Assembly: GCF_009914755.1 (NCBI RefSeq)
Contig: NC_060947.1
Source of the DNA: the human T2T-CHM13v2.0 reference genome, Homo sapiens
Direction: 5' to 3' (one strand)
DNA: 64,000 nt
Below are positions 49,844-63,856 of this stretch, one piece after another (position 1 is the first letter of the stretch; each line of letters starts with the position of its first letter). The notes under the pieces are model-generated. The model was given only the letters and a program-made list of their open reading frames with translations. It did no database searches and was not told where the DNA came from. A program made the position numbers and the translations under genes.

Positions 49844-51164
49844 GATTTGTTAGTATTATCTGAAAATGAGCCCAAAATTCCAACTCGGTTATGCAATACA
49901 AATCTGTCCGCCCAAATCTAGAAGATGGGTCACTGAGACATTGATACTAACAAAATTTTAGACACATAAGAGTCAGATTTTCTGCTCTTTATTTATGTAA
50001 ACAATATCAACAAGCAGGCACATATGGAACCAAGGATAGTTGAGCTTCCAAAATTTAGAATACTCTTCATGTAATGAGGAACAGCATCTAGACACAGGTA
50101 TACAACTTTAAAAATACCCAGGAGACATAAATTTACTAAAAATCCTTGAATACTATACTTGAAATGGTAAATTATATGATTTTTTAAAATATGCCTCAAT
50201 AAAGACATACCCAGGAGAAAGAAAAAACTATAGTTCTCGAGTTATTATATGAATTTTAGAAAATACACAGATAACCAAAAAGTCCATTGTAGTAAAAAAA
50301 AAAAAAAAAACAACAGGCAACCTGTTAGGTATTGTAGATATTAAAATCAAACAGATGCCTTACACAGCTGTAGTTTAACACAGGTGATACATGCCACTTT
50401 GGAACTGGATTTATTAATTAAATGTCAGATGCAATTAGAACTCTACCTATTCAGGAATAAAAATTTCAACAAGTGTATTTTTTTTTCCTTTTCTGGAACA
50501 TTTATTATCATGCATACATTCAGAAATGTGCAGTTCATATAACCAACCCATCAACAACTTTCACCTTGACCACAGACATTGTATGGAAAAATACCAACAG
50601 TATTTGCTAAATATGTGCAGTATCTTCTACCTAATTAGTACCTCAGGGCAGTTTGTTTATAAACAGAAAACAATAAGGGACATATTAAATATCCCCAGCA
50701 GTACTTTCTGCATACTATCAGGTTTAGATATAAGGAAGATAGTTTGCATTTGAAACAATAAGCCAGCTAGCTACTAGACTGCCATTAAGTACAAGAGAAC
50801 CAACTAGAATAACTTGTGATCCATGAAAAAATAATACTGTCTGTAGCTTCGTACACTGAATAAGTGAATATAATTCCTTTTAGCTTCAAATCAAAAATAT
50901 GATTAGAGGGCAACATGGAAATAGATACTATATTTTTTGTCTCAATAGTAATAAAAAAGAATGATACTAAAACTATTTCACCCTTGATGCTAACTATGGC
51001 CTAATTGTGCCTATCCCCCAATTTCTAATAATCACCCCCAAATGACTACCTAGTATCCATTAACGGATCACTATAGAAATCGGCCACTAATCAGGGAGCC
51101 TCTGGCTCAAGGGACCTGCAATGGGTTGCAGAGGATTGCACATCACGTTTCACATGCAGATGAG

Positions 51165-51180
51165 GTTGCCATCTGGTGGA
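51165..51180 (-). promoter_or_regulatory. Candidate CTCF site
   Basis: Reverse complement TCCACCAGATGGCAAC matches the CTCF core CCACCAG(A/G)(T/G)GGC(A/G); non-repetitive context. Motif match only. Confidence 0.45.
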
Positions 51181-52934
51181 TTTTCTCTAACTAAAACCTA
51201 ATAACATTTATAGATATAAGCAAAGCAACTTTTTTTATAGTTGGGCAAATGCTGCCATTTTTAGAAAACATATAGTTTCTTTTAACATTTATTGTGTCCA
51301 TTTTCTGGTTTGCACTGAATGGGTGCCTATTCTTTGTAACTGAAGTATGAGAATACTAGGAAAGTGAATATAATAAAGCTTTAGATTTAAATGGTAAATG
51401 TGACTACATTTTTTGAATTTAGCAAGTTTTTGATAAATAAAATTTTGTTACATCAATATTAAAATATCTAGAAGTAAAGCTTATGACATCACAATGGCTG
51501 TGTTTTAAATAACAAAGTGACTTTTGATGTCACGTATGTCTTTACCTGATAGCTTTGCCATGGGAATTTGGGTTCAGATACATGCAAGAACTATAAACGG
51601 TTCAATCTCTAATCTACTCTAATGCAGAATAACTGTTGTTTCACACACCACTACCCACATTTTCTAGTTTTGCTCTTCTCTCCATCCTTTCCCTATTGGA
51701 ATTCTCTAAAAGTGAGCCCCCATATATTACAATATGACATTTGTTCCTTAGAAGGCATGGTAATTGATTAAAACAGTGTGCGAGAAAATTGGTCATTCAT
51801 TCTGTGTTTACACATAGGCCAGTTACCTGAACTCTGTCCCATGGTCGTCAGCCATCTCACAACTATATATTGTCTGTTAATCATAAATGACAGCAGGGGT
51901 TAAAAAAATAAGAACATGGACTTGAGTTAGACCTGGATTAAAATCTTTCCTCTGCTCTTTTTTTTTTCTCCTTCATAAATTAGTTCTCCTTCATAAGTTA
52001 GTTCTACCTACTAAATAGTAAGTTTTAGCACATCTCAGTCAAATGTGAGAAATTTGTTTTGGAAAAGTATGTGTTTTTCTGGCTTAATACAGTTGTAATG
52101 TGAATCATTGCCTTTTTTTTTTTAAACTGGAGCCCTATCTACTTTTCTACTCCAAAGGTTTTTATTGACACTATGATGTTTGCATGAAATAACCCACATC
52201 AAAGCTAGTCTAAAAATAAATATTAAATATGAGCAAGCAAATACATATATATACACATACATACATACATAAAAGTCTCAATTTAATACTAATGTAGCAG
52301 CTATTCCGGGGTATGACATCACCATTGCATATGTGATATTATGTGAATGGGTATTTGTGACCTGGGATAAAATTTTCTTGACAGCGAGATGATAACAATT
52401 TTATATAATATGTCATATAACCTAGAAATGAGGACAATGAGCTCTGAAAAACATTTAGATAACAAAACTAGACTCTAGTGATGTTCAAAATGCATGTAAA
52501 TAATTCAAATGAATTATTTCATGAAATGGGATAAAGCAACACAGCAAAATTCATGTATTTATATAATGTAGCTTTAAATAATTATTTTACTAGATTAAAA
52601 TTTTAAATGCCAAGAATAGGCATTTGATTCATTCATCGATATCCATAAAAGATTTTATAATCCATTTGACAAAGGAAACTTTCTATTGTCTTCTTTTGAA
52701 GTCTCCTTATATTTGAGGATATATAACACATGTTGATTACTACTAAATCTGTATCTCTAACCTAACCCTTTCTCTTAAACTCCTGATATCTACATACCTC
52801 CTATACATCTCCACTAGCATGTTCCACAGGAAAGACAGCAGAGTCAAATGGTTATCAGTACAGACCACAGGAGTTAAACAGACTAGGTTGGACTCCTGAC
52901 TCCATCATTTACCAGCTCCATAACTTTGGGCAAT

Positions 52935-53841
52935 TGTATTAGTCAGAGTTCCCTAAAAGGACAGAATGAATTATATGCATATATATATATGATGCATATA
53001 TATATGGATATATGTATATATATGTATATATATGGATATATATGCAAATATATGGATATATGGATATATATGCATATATATGGATATATGCATATATATG
53101 CAGATATATGGATATATGCATATATATGGATATATATATGCATATATATATGGCTATCTGGATATATATGGGGGATATATATATATATCCATATATATAT
53201 ACCCATATATATATATGGAGGGTTCTTCGGGGTCTCCCAGAGGTGAAGGCCACTTCTGGGGGGCGGCTGGTGCCAACAAGGGCCTGGGTATTCTTGAGGG
53301 TGCACACAGAAGGTACTGTGGCTCCAGGCCGCCCTCCCCGGGGGTAGCTGGGGGCCTCTGGGCAGCATAGGCACAAATACCCATTCACATAATATCACAT
53401 ATGCATATATATATGTGTATATATATGTATATATATATGGGGGAGATATATATATATATGGGGGAGTTTATTAAGTATTAACTTACACAATCGCAAGTTC
53501 TCACAATAGGTTGTCTGCAAGTTTCAGGAAGAAGGAGAGCCAGTCAGAGTCTCCAAACTGAAGAACTTGGAGTCCGATGTTTGAGGGCAGGAAGCATCCA
53601 GCATGGGAGAAAGATGTAGGCTTCGAGGCTAGGCCAGTCTCGCCTTTTCACATTTTTTTTGCCTGCTTTATATTCGCTGGTAACTGATTAGATTGTGCCC
53701 ACTAGATTAAGGGTGGGTCTGCCTTCCCCAGCCCACTGACTCAAATGTTAATCTCCTTTGGCAACACCCACAGAGACACCCAGGATCAATACTTTGCATC
53801 CTTCAATCCAATCAAGTGGACACTCAGTATTAACCATCACA
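52935..53841 (-). mobile_element. MLT2A/B-like ERVL solo LTR inserted in a MIR, with an expanded internal TA-rich array
   Basis: tgtattagtcag...cactcagtattaaccatcaca; flanks GCAAT/GCAAG; MIR halves about 52830-52934 and 53842-53990. Confidence 0.85.
52972..53460. repeat. Complex (TA)n/GGATATATGCATATATAT array interrupted at 53217-53405
   Basis: Direct reading. Confidence 0.9.
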
Positions 53842-54898
53842 GCAAGTTACTTAGTTTCTCTGAGCCTCACTTTCTTCATCTGTAAGATGGTGACAAAAAT
53901 AATACTGACCTCATAGGGCTATTGTGAAATTAAATGAGATACATACCTAACACACTTGGCTGAATGGAATGCAGTTAACACTCAATAACTTACATATTCC
54001 ATATGAGCCAAACACAAAAATACAAGTTCTGATTTGGTATGCATATCAGTATCATGGAAACCGGCAAGGCATCGCTGAACTCAGGGCAACCGGCACGGAG
54101 CAGATGAGCTATGAATCAAAGCCTGAAGAAAACTGCTGTTGATGGAATTATGGACTCAGATTGCTTCTCACCCTACGGTTCCCTTTAATTCTGAACCGGG
54201 AGGCTTAAACTTGACACTTCGATGGACTAGATCATCGTAGGGCATCATTTCTCATTTGTAACCCCAAGTAACAAAACTGTTAGCCATTTAGAATACAGAT
54301 ATCCAAGTATAATATTGTTTCAGTTACTATTTCCGGTTAGAAGGAATACATTTGTAGAAATCTTCACAATGTTGTTTTCTTATTCAAACAACAAAATAAA
54401 TACTTTTCTATGTCAGGCATTTAAAAAAGTTATGCATTCCATTAAGATAAACACATACACATGTACGTCTTTGAAATCAGAAATTTTTTCTCTTGCATGA
54501 CATAGCTGGTAGCCCTTTTTCTAGACTTGCTCTACCTAAAATGCTTTTGATGGTGTTTTGTAGCTGTTATAGAAGACTGACATGTATGATTAGGGTACAA
54601 AGAAGCACATATATTTGGAATGTCAGTTATATAATTCATTCTGTATATGTTGCAGGTTGGCAAAATGGAAAATGAAAATATTTGTGTCATTCATTTGGCA
54701 TTTTTCACTTAATACTGTGTAGAGTTTGGCAGTTATTTTGCATATGTCTTATCTTCAACACTTGATTATGAGCTTCTTGGTAAAATAGATAGCATCTTAG
54801 ACTTTTTAATATTTTTCCCTCCATAATGCTTATCACAATGCCTTGCACAAAGCAGGCACTCAGTAGATAATAATTAAGTAAGAAAGAAATCTACCTTC

Positions 54899-55197
<299 letters not shown>

Positions 55198-56742
55198 TCT
55201 TCTTTAACAATAAAAAAGAATAACGGAAATTCTGATTCTTAAATAATCTGTAGGCTCAAGTATATCTTACTAGTCTTTTGGAGAATTATTTATATTCTCA
55301 TTTTATCTCTAGATTATTTCCATTAATCCTAGACCAATTTTATACATGTTCCGGACTTATGCATTCTTGTTAATTTGTTTGACTGGATATGTATTAAGTC
55401 TTCTCAGGCTAATATTATTTAAGACTTTTTAAAGTTTGGTCATTTTGGAAACAGCAGCCACATTGCTTTCAAAAACAGATTTTAAAATCGTAGTAATGCC
55501 TTGGCAGTTTTCTCTTTCTTCTCTGTCTCCTTTTATTCTCTCTCTTCTTTTACAAAGTATCTGATGGTATATTTTAGAAAACTGTAATCTATGTGTGATT
55601 TGAGCATTTACTACATATGCAAAATCAAAGCTCCTGCCTGAAGTTTCAAATCATTAATCTTCAAATTCAAGTAGCTAAGATGAACTATTTAATATTAACA
55701 TACTAAAAGAACACCAAAAAGCACGATAACGTTCAAAATTATGCTGTGAATATAAATAAGTCTAGAACAGCCCTTGAGATTGGAAGGCATGGGGATGGAA
55801 AGAAAATGAGAACACCATAAATCTTTGGTGGTGTTTGCAACCTCTCTCCTCCTCCTTTCTCATTTGTCCTTCCTTTTTTACTGCTTAAATATATTTATCA
55901 AATAATCACTAATGATTTGCTATTAAATAATATATGAAAAATGTTTAGCACAATTATTGGTGCATAGTAAACACTCGATACAGGTCAATAAATGTTAGTC
56001 ATTGTATTGTGTGCAACTCACTCACTTCTTTGCTCTTACTGTACCTTTTTACTCAAATTTATATACAGGCTGGGGTGTGGTCAGGATTATGATAGAGGAA
56101 GACCATGCAGACTCTTTTTTAAAAATACTTAAGTTCTGTCTGAAAATTTTTTTAAAAACTGTGTCTGCAATTCACCTATTTCATAAATCTACAACATTAA
56201 ATGCCCTGCTCCATCCTTCCAATCTGGAGCTGTTCCAATGAGTCACTAAATAGCATGCTTCTTAAGGTTCCTAAATGAGGTCAATTAATGTCTAAAGGCA
56301 ATTTTCATAAAATACACTCAATACATTCTGTATCCACAAATCACTAGACAAGCCCATATATTTTATGTTGATTTATTGACTTATCTATAATTTTAAGTAT
56401 TTGAAAATTCATGTAATCCAGTTTTCTATAGCAACAGACCTTTTGCTTTTCACAGAGCAGTGAATAGTCATATATATGGCTTATAGAATTTTTAAATTTC
56501 ATCTTTCTCTGAAACAGATTTTCACGTTTGTGTTGCAAAGTGGGCTTCTTATTTTCACACCCTTAGTGTTATCAGCTTTTGGCCATATTATTTCTCAATA
56601 TAGAATGTGCTATAAACTTCCAGTTAGACAAGGCAGATTGAACACATGCATTTATCTCTGCTGTTTCATGAGGTTCCACTAAAATAACAGTAAAAAATTT
56701 TGTAAGGTGCAGAAGGACAAATGCAGTATAAATGCAGAAGGA

Positions 56743-56897
56743 TGCTGGGCATGGTGATGCACACCTACTCCAGAGGCTGAGGCTGGAGGATTACTTAAGG
56801 CCAGGGGTTAAGAGGCTGTAGTGTGCTATGATTACATCTGTGAATAGCCACTGCACTTTGGCCTGGACAACATAGCAAGACCTCATCTCTAAAAAAA
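56743..56897 (+). mobile_element. Alu monomer (FAM/FRAM-like)
   Basis: Single diverged Alu arm. Confidence 0.75.
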
Positions 56898-56906
56898 TGC
56901 AGAAGG

Positions 56907-57366
<460 letters not shown>

Positions 57367-57460
57367 TTAGAGGTACTGTATACTTCTGAGGTACAGGGTA
57401 AATGGAAAGCTGAAAAAAGGAAAATTGATTGAAAGTCCAACTCAAGAAAAAATTAGATCA

Positions 57461-57790
57461 GGCCGGGTGTGGTGGCTCAGGCCTGTAATCCCAGCACTTT
57501 GGGAGGCCGAGGCAGGTGGATCACCTGAGGTCAGGAGTTTGGGACGAGCCTGGCCAACATGATGAAATCCCGTCTCTACTAAAAATACAAAAATTAGCTG
57601 GGTGTGGTGGTGGACACCTTAACCCCAGCTACTGGGGAGGCTGAGGCAGGAGATGGCTTGAACCTGTGGGGCAGAGGTTGCAGTGAGCCAAGATCGCTCC
57701 ATTGCACTCCAGCCAGGGCAACAAGAGCAAGACTCTGTCTCAAAAATAAATACATACATACATACATACAAGATTAAAAAAAATAAAAAA
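57461..57790 (+). mobile_element. AluSx with (TACA)n tail
   Basis: Alu dimer; flanking repeat AAATTAGATC. Confidence 0.93.
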
Positions 57791-58019
57791 GAAGAAATTA
57801 GATCTCAAGAGTCCCTTGTCCCTTTCAACAAAAGATTCAAGTTTTATTTTCTGGAGTAATTAAATCATCTCTCCAGAAAAGAAGCTCTAGTCATATAAAC
57901 AGGCATAGCTGAGGGCTGGGATGATGAACTGTAATGAAAATGGGGATTGAGTCTCTATATACTAAAAGGTAAGACACCCCCACCCTAATTCCACACCCCC
58001 AGCCTAAGCACCTTTCTGC

Positions 58020-58082
58020 TGCTTGCTTGCTTTCTTTTTCTTTCTCTTCTTCTTTCTTTCTCTTTCTTTCTTTCTTTCTTTT

Positions 58083-58141
<59 letters not shown>

Positions 58142-58222
58142 CTTCTTCTTTCTTTCTTTCTCTTCTTCTTCTTTCTTTCTTTCTTTTTCTTTCTTTCTCT
58201 TCCTTCCTTCCTTCCTTCCTTT
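58020..58222. repeat. (TTTC)n/(TTCC)n polypyrimidine microsatellite derived from an Alu tail
   Basis: Direct reading; about 200 bp almost purely pyrimidine. Confidence 0.95.
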
Positions 58223-58805
<583 letters not shown>

Positions 58806-59491
58806 GCCACTTGGTTTCTAAGATATTGGCAGCTCAGCAGGAGATTGGAGGATTCTCGAGAAACAGAGTATCTCTAAAGTAAAGCCTTACATATACTGAT
58901 GTTTGGGGTTTTCCTATTGAACACTGGATTTCTGTCCAGTTACTCTTCAGTGAAGCTCAAAAATCTAGACATAATTTCCAATCATCATTTTGGCACCTCA
59001 CTTTTATTTATGGTGGCTAAATCACTAGACATTGAGGACACTTTCTAAAATGAAAGAGACCAAAACAACAATAATGACAACAGAAGTCAAAGGGAAAAGA
59101 GAAAACAGAGGGAATGAAAAAAAGGACTTAAAATATAATTAATAATATTCTTTAGAAAGATACAAGAAGATACGTTAGAGACACAAGATTAGCATGCTAT
59201 AAAATGGAACTTTTAAAGAATGAGAAGGAGCTCTTAGAAGGTCAAAATATTATAGCAGAAATCTAGAAAATAAATAGAATACAAATTTAACGTTGAGGAG
59301 ATCTTCTAGAGACTAGAATGAACAGAAAAAGAAATGAAAAATAATAGAGAAAAGATGAGGAAATGCAAGGATTTGGTACTGCAGGGCCAAATTACAGCAA
59401 GAGAAGTTCTAGAAAGTGAGGTTAGGGAAAGTAGAAAAAAATAAATTATTAAATAAATAATACAAAGAAAATTCCTAGCACTCTAGGATGA

Positions 59492-59867
59492 TGATATGGT
59501 TTGGATTTGTGTCCCTGCCCAAATCTCATGTCCAGTTGTAATCTCCAATGTTGGAAAAGGGGCCTGGTGGGAGGTAATTGGATCATGGGGGCAGACTTCC
59601 CCCTTGCTATTGTGATAGCCAGTGAGTTCTCATGAGATCTGGTTGTTTAAAAGTGTGAAGCACCTCCCCCTTCCCTCTCTTCCTCTTGCTCCAACCATGC
59701 AAAGAATGCCTCCTTCCTCTTTGCCTTCTGCCATGGTTGTAAGTTTCCTTAGGCCTCTCCAGCCATGCTTCCTGTACAGCCTGTGGAACCATGAGTTAAT
59801 CTCTCTTCTTTATAAATTAGCTAGCCTCTGGTAGTTTTTCATAGCAATGCGATAATGGACTAATACA
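59492..59867 (+). mobile_element. MaLR solo LTR (MSTA/B-like)
   Basis: tgatatggtttgg...ggactaataca; 5-bp TSD GATGA at 59487-59491 and 59868-59872. Confidence 0.9.
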
Positions 59868-60068
59868 GATGAGAATACAGATAGAAAAGGTCCACCAATG
59901 TACATGACAGTGAAGTTTCAGAAGATGGAATAAAGAGAAGATTCTAAAATCTTCCAGAGAGAAAAAAACAGGTCATATACAAAGGATTGCAAATAATATT
60001 AAGTACGCACTTCTCAATTGTATCCCTAGACTCCGGAAGACAAGTTCTGAGGGAAAATAATTGCCAAC

Positions 60069-60536
60069 TGTGGTAGGCTGAATAATGTCCCCCCAACCCC
60101 CACCCAAAGATGTCCTAATCCATGGATCTATGAATATGTTACCTGACATGGTAAAAGGGATTTTGCAGATGGCAATTAATTAAGGATTGTGAGATGGGCA
60201 GATGATCCTGGATCATCTGGGTGGGGCTGAAGTAATCACAAGGGCCCTTGTAACAGGAGGACCAAAGTAAGATGTGAAACCTGAACCAGAGGTTGGAGTA
60301 ATATGTTTTGAAGATGGAGGAAAGGTCCATGAGCCAAAGTATGCAGGCATCCTCTAGAGACCGTAAAGAACAAGAAAAAGGATTCTTCAATAGAGCCTCC
60401 AGAAGCAAGCAGTGTTGCCAACACCTTGATCATTGAAAGTGATTTCACATTTGTGATGGAAAGATAATAAACTTGTACCATTTTCAACCACGGAATTTGT
60501 GGTAATTTGTTACAGTAGCATTAGAAAACACATACA
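60069..60536 (+). mobile_element. MaLR LTR (MLT1C/D-like)
   Basis: tgtggtaggctgaataatg...gaatatgttacct...tgtggtaatttgttacag. Confidence 0.8.
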
Positions 60537-61432
60537 CCAATCTAGAATTATATATCCGTTGAACTAACAATCTGATGAAATATTAGAACAAGGTGTTTTC
60601 AGATGTGTAAAATCTAAAAAATTGACCATTTTTTCTCGTGAAGTCACTGGAGGATATTTGCCCACCAAAATGAGGAAGTTAAATCGAAAGTGAGGAAGAC
60701 AAGAGTCCAGAAAACAGAATCTGACATAAGAGATGGGCAAAAGAGATTTTCAGGATAAGGGTGAGGGGAAATCCCAGAGGACAGCTATTCATAAGGACTA
60801 AACCAGTTCACATTGGAGAAGGACAAAAATATCTAGCACAGACATCTTTACTAATAATAAAAAAGAAAGTTATTGATAATCTGATGTATTTGAACATACA
60901 AAGGGAAGATATACAGATCATTTGGGAAGATCTGTTTGAGAATGAGTGATAGATTCATAGAGAAAATCCTGAGCAAATAAAAATTAAATAAAACATGACA
61001 AAATTTTTATAGGGAAGGAAATGTTATACTCAATACATGGTTAAACTCTGAAAAATGTTTACAAAGTCATAGTAATATAACCACTAAATATTGATTTCAC
61101 CAAAAATTGTGATGTGAATATTCTGAGAGGAAAGACAGTATGTGTTTATGGCTGTATAAGAGAGCCTAATTGTCACCTATTGTAATAAAAATATCAATAG
61201 ATTAAAGCTGAACAATCAAGATATAGCAATACAAGCATGTTATATGGAAACATGGTAGTAAACACCATAGGGAATAGCGAAAACTGTTTAAAGTTATTGC
61301 CCTTCAGTAGTGAGAATTAGAAATGGAGAGAGATGGGATTTTCTCAGTAGACTATTTTTTAAAATCTGTGCATATGGCATTAATTTAATAAAATTAACAT
61401 TTTAGTTTTAAAATGAATTATTCCCATGAACA

Positions 61433-61590
61433 GGACCAGGGGCAGTGGCTGACACCTGTAATCCCAGCACTTTGGGAGGCTGAGGCGGGAGTATTCCTTG
61501 AGCCCAGAAGTTCGATGTTGCAGTGAGCTATCATGGGACCACTGCGCTCTAGCCTGGGCAACAGAGCAAGACCCTGTCTCTAAAAAACAC
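61433..61590 (+). mobile_element. Alu monomer (FLAM/FRAM-like)
   Basis: Single arm of about 150 bp. Confidence 0.78.
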
Positions 61591-61749
61591 TTTTTTTTAA
61601 AGGAGTTATTCCCTTGAACAATACACTTGGGCTTAGCTTAATTATTCTGGGTTGTGTTGTGTGCATGTTCTAATCTGGAAATGATAATTTTTAAGACAAG
61701 TAAAAGCCATCTAAATATGTTGCCACATTTGCCACTTGCTCAATTCTTG

Positions 61750-62200
61750 AGGAATAGAAATCAAACTCCTTCCCATGACCTGTAGGTCTTGTTGAGCTGT
61801 CTGCTGGCTCCTTTGCTTATTGTGCTCTACACATACTGTCCTTTTTCATTTCTTAGTTCAAACAAGAAAAGCCCCTTCTCTGATGGCCTGCTCACATTCT
61901 ATTCACTTTGTTTGGAAGATTATTCCCTCTGTCTTCTCCTGGTTGGCTCCTTATTTTTCAAGCCTCAGCTTAAATGTCACTTCTGCCAAGAAGCTTTCCC
62001 TGACCATTAAATCTAAAGTTGGTCCCCACCCCAGCTACACATCGCCTGCTCTCTTGCATGGCTCTGTTCTTTACCACAGTTTATAAAAATATGTTTGCAT
62101 TCATGTTTGTGTGTATCCTCTAGACTGTAAACTGTCTAGTACATCTGTGCATAGCAGAGGGCCTTTCACATAGTAAGTGCTTAATGAATATCTTTGAATG
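61750..62200. mobile_element. L2 3' fragment
   Basis: cagcttaaatgtcacttc...ttccctgacc...ctagactgtaa...cacatagtaagtgcttaatgaata. Confidence 0.65.
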
Positions 62201-62904
62201 AACTTGTTTTAAGTGATACGGATGTGCATTTGACATTTACGAACAATGGTATATTACATTCTCTTATTTTTGCTGTATGATAGTAAAAATTAAGGAGGAT
62301 TGAAACAAACTAACACAATTCAGACTTTTTTTTCCTTTTTCAACTTTTATGTACGAATCGGGGGGTACATGTGCAGGTTTGTCTCAAAGTTATATTGTGT
62401 GATGCTGAGGTCTGGGTATGACTGAACCTTTTTGAAAATTTCTTAAGAAACTTCCAAATCATAATACATCCTGTCTCATTTAAGCACTAGCCCTTTATTA
62501 TACAACAGATTCAGAGCAAGGTCTAGATTTTGAGTGCTTATTGATTAAAGGGGCTATACTCAGACTATACTCAGTCTCCTTTCATCAAACATTTTATCAT
62601 TTGTAGCTTAGTTGATTAAGATAATTTTACAAATCAGGGGATTAGTTAATAACATCACTGATCCATACAGGAGGCATATACTCATATAATCAAGTTCACA
62701 TAAATATATTTTCCTCCTTTTCAAAATACTTGGTAATGAGATATATTTAGCCTAGTAGTCACCGTAATAGAGTTAAATGTTTGACCAAAGTGACTTGCTC
62801 CATATTCAATTGGATTTTACTTAAAGAGATCCTTTCATGGTTTTTAATCTTTGTCATTGTGGCCTAGGAAGGATGTGTGGTTAAAAAAAAACAATCACAA
62901 GAGG

Positions 62905-63130
62905 GCAGGATTCGGTGGCTAGAACAGCATAGGCAACATAATGAGACCCCCCCCCATCTCTACAAAAAAATAAAAAATTAGCCAGGTGTGGTGGCATGTG
63001 CCTGTGATCCCAGCTACTCAGGAGGCTGAGATGGGAGGATCACTTGAGCCCAGAGGGTTGAGGCCGTACTAAGCCATCATCACGCCATTCCACCCCAGAG
63101 CAAGACCCTGTCTCAAAGAAAAACCAAACA
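62905..63130 (+). mobile_element. Degenerate AluJ with internal deletions
   Basis: Partial left arm, linker, right arm. Confidence 0.75.
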
Positions 63131-63856
63131 AACACGAGTTTATTTTAATTATTTCAGTAATATTGTAGCTTTAATATGATTTGTAGTATAATTTTCTATA
63201 AGCAGCAATTTCATGTAAAGATTGATTTTATAAAAATCTTTAAATTTTAGTTGGATAAAATCAGATCAAGCATGTAATGTGTTTACCACAATGCTTGGCA
63301 CATTAGGAGTGTTCAACAAAAATTAGTTTCTCTCTCTTCCTCTGGTGACACAAGTAGTGATACAGCCAACTCTCATTTATTATAGTCCAATAAACTCCAA
63401 TTTTGTACTGCACAGTTGCTTTTTTTAAGCTGAGACTCATCTGATTTATTTCAGCTGACTGTTTTGCTACTTCATATTTTTAAAAATTTCCTTCATATCT
63501 TTTTTTCATGTATCCAAATCAGTTTCTTTCTTTCAAAAGAATCGCAACACATTTATTCTTACAAAATTGCCATTATTTAATCCTTTTTGAATCTTGATTT
63601 TTCCAGTTCTCTTGCATACCCTTGGGTGAAAGGAGCCCTTTGTTTTACTTGCTAGAATCTTGAGAAACAAAGCAACCTACTGTAAACATTTTAAAGATAA
63701 TTTCAATAAAAATATCAATTAATAAATTGAACAATCTTGAGGTTGTCCAGAAATTGACTCTATTATAGTATTATTTTAACTCTGGATTTGACCAATATAG
63801 CTAGAAAATAATTATTTTGGTGTTCCTAAAAGTAAGACAGTTGCCAATAATAATAA

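Noticed and set aside
52926-53398. Six overlapping Tyr/Ile-rich ORFs on both strands
   Set aside because: Artefact of a stop-poor TA repeat plus the GC-rich insert.
52972-53460. Repeat array with a unique insert as a CRISPR-like locus
   Set aside because: Low-complexity microsatellite in a mammalian LTR, with no regular repeat-spacer pattern and no cas genes.
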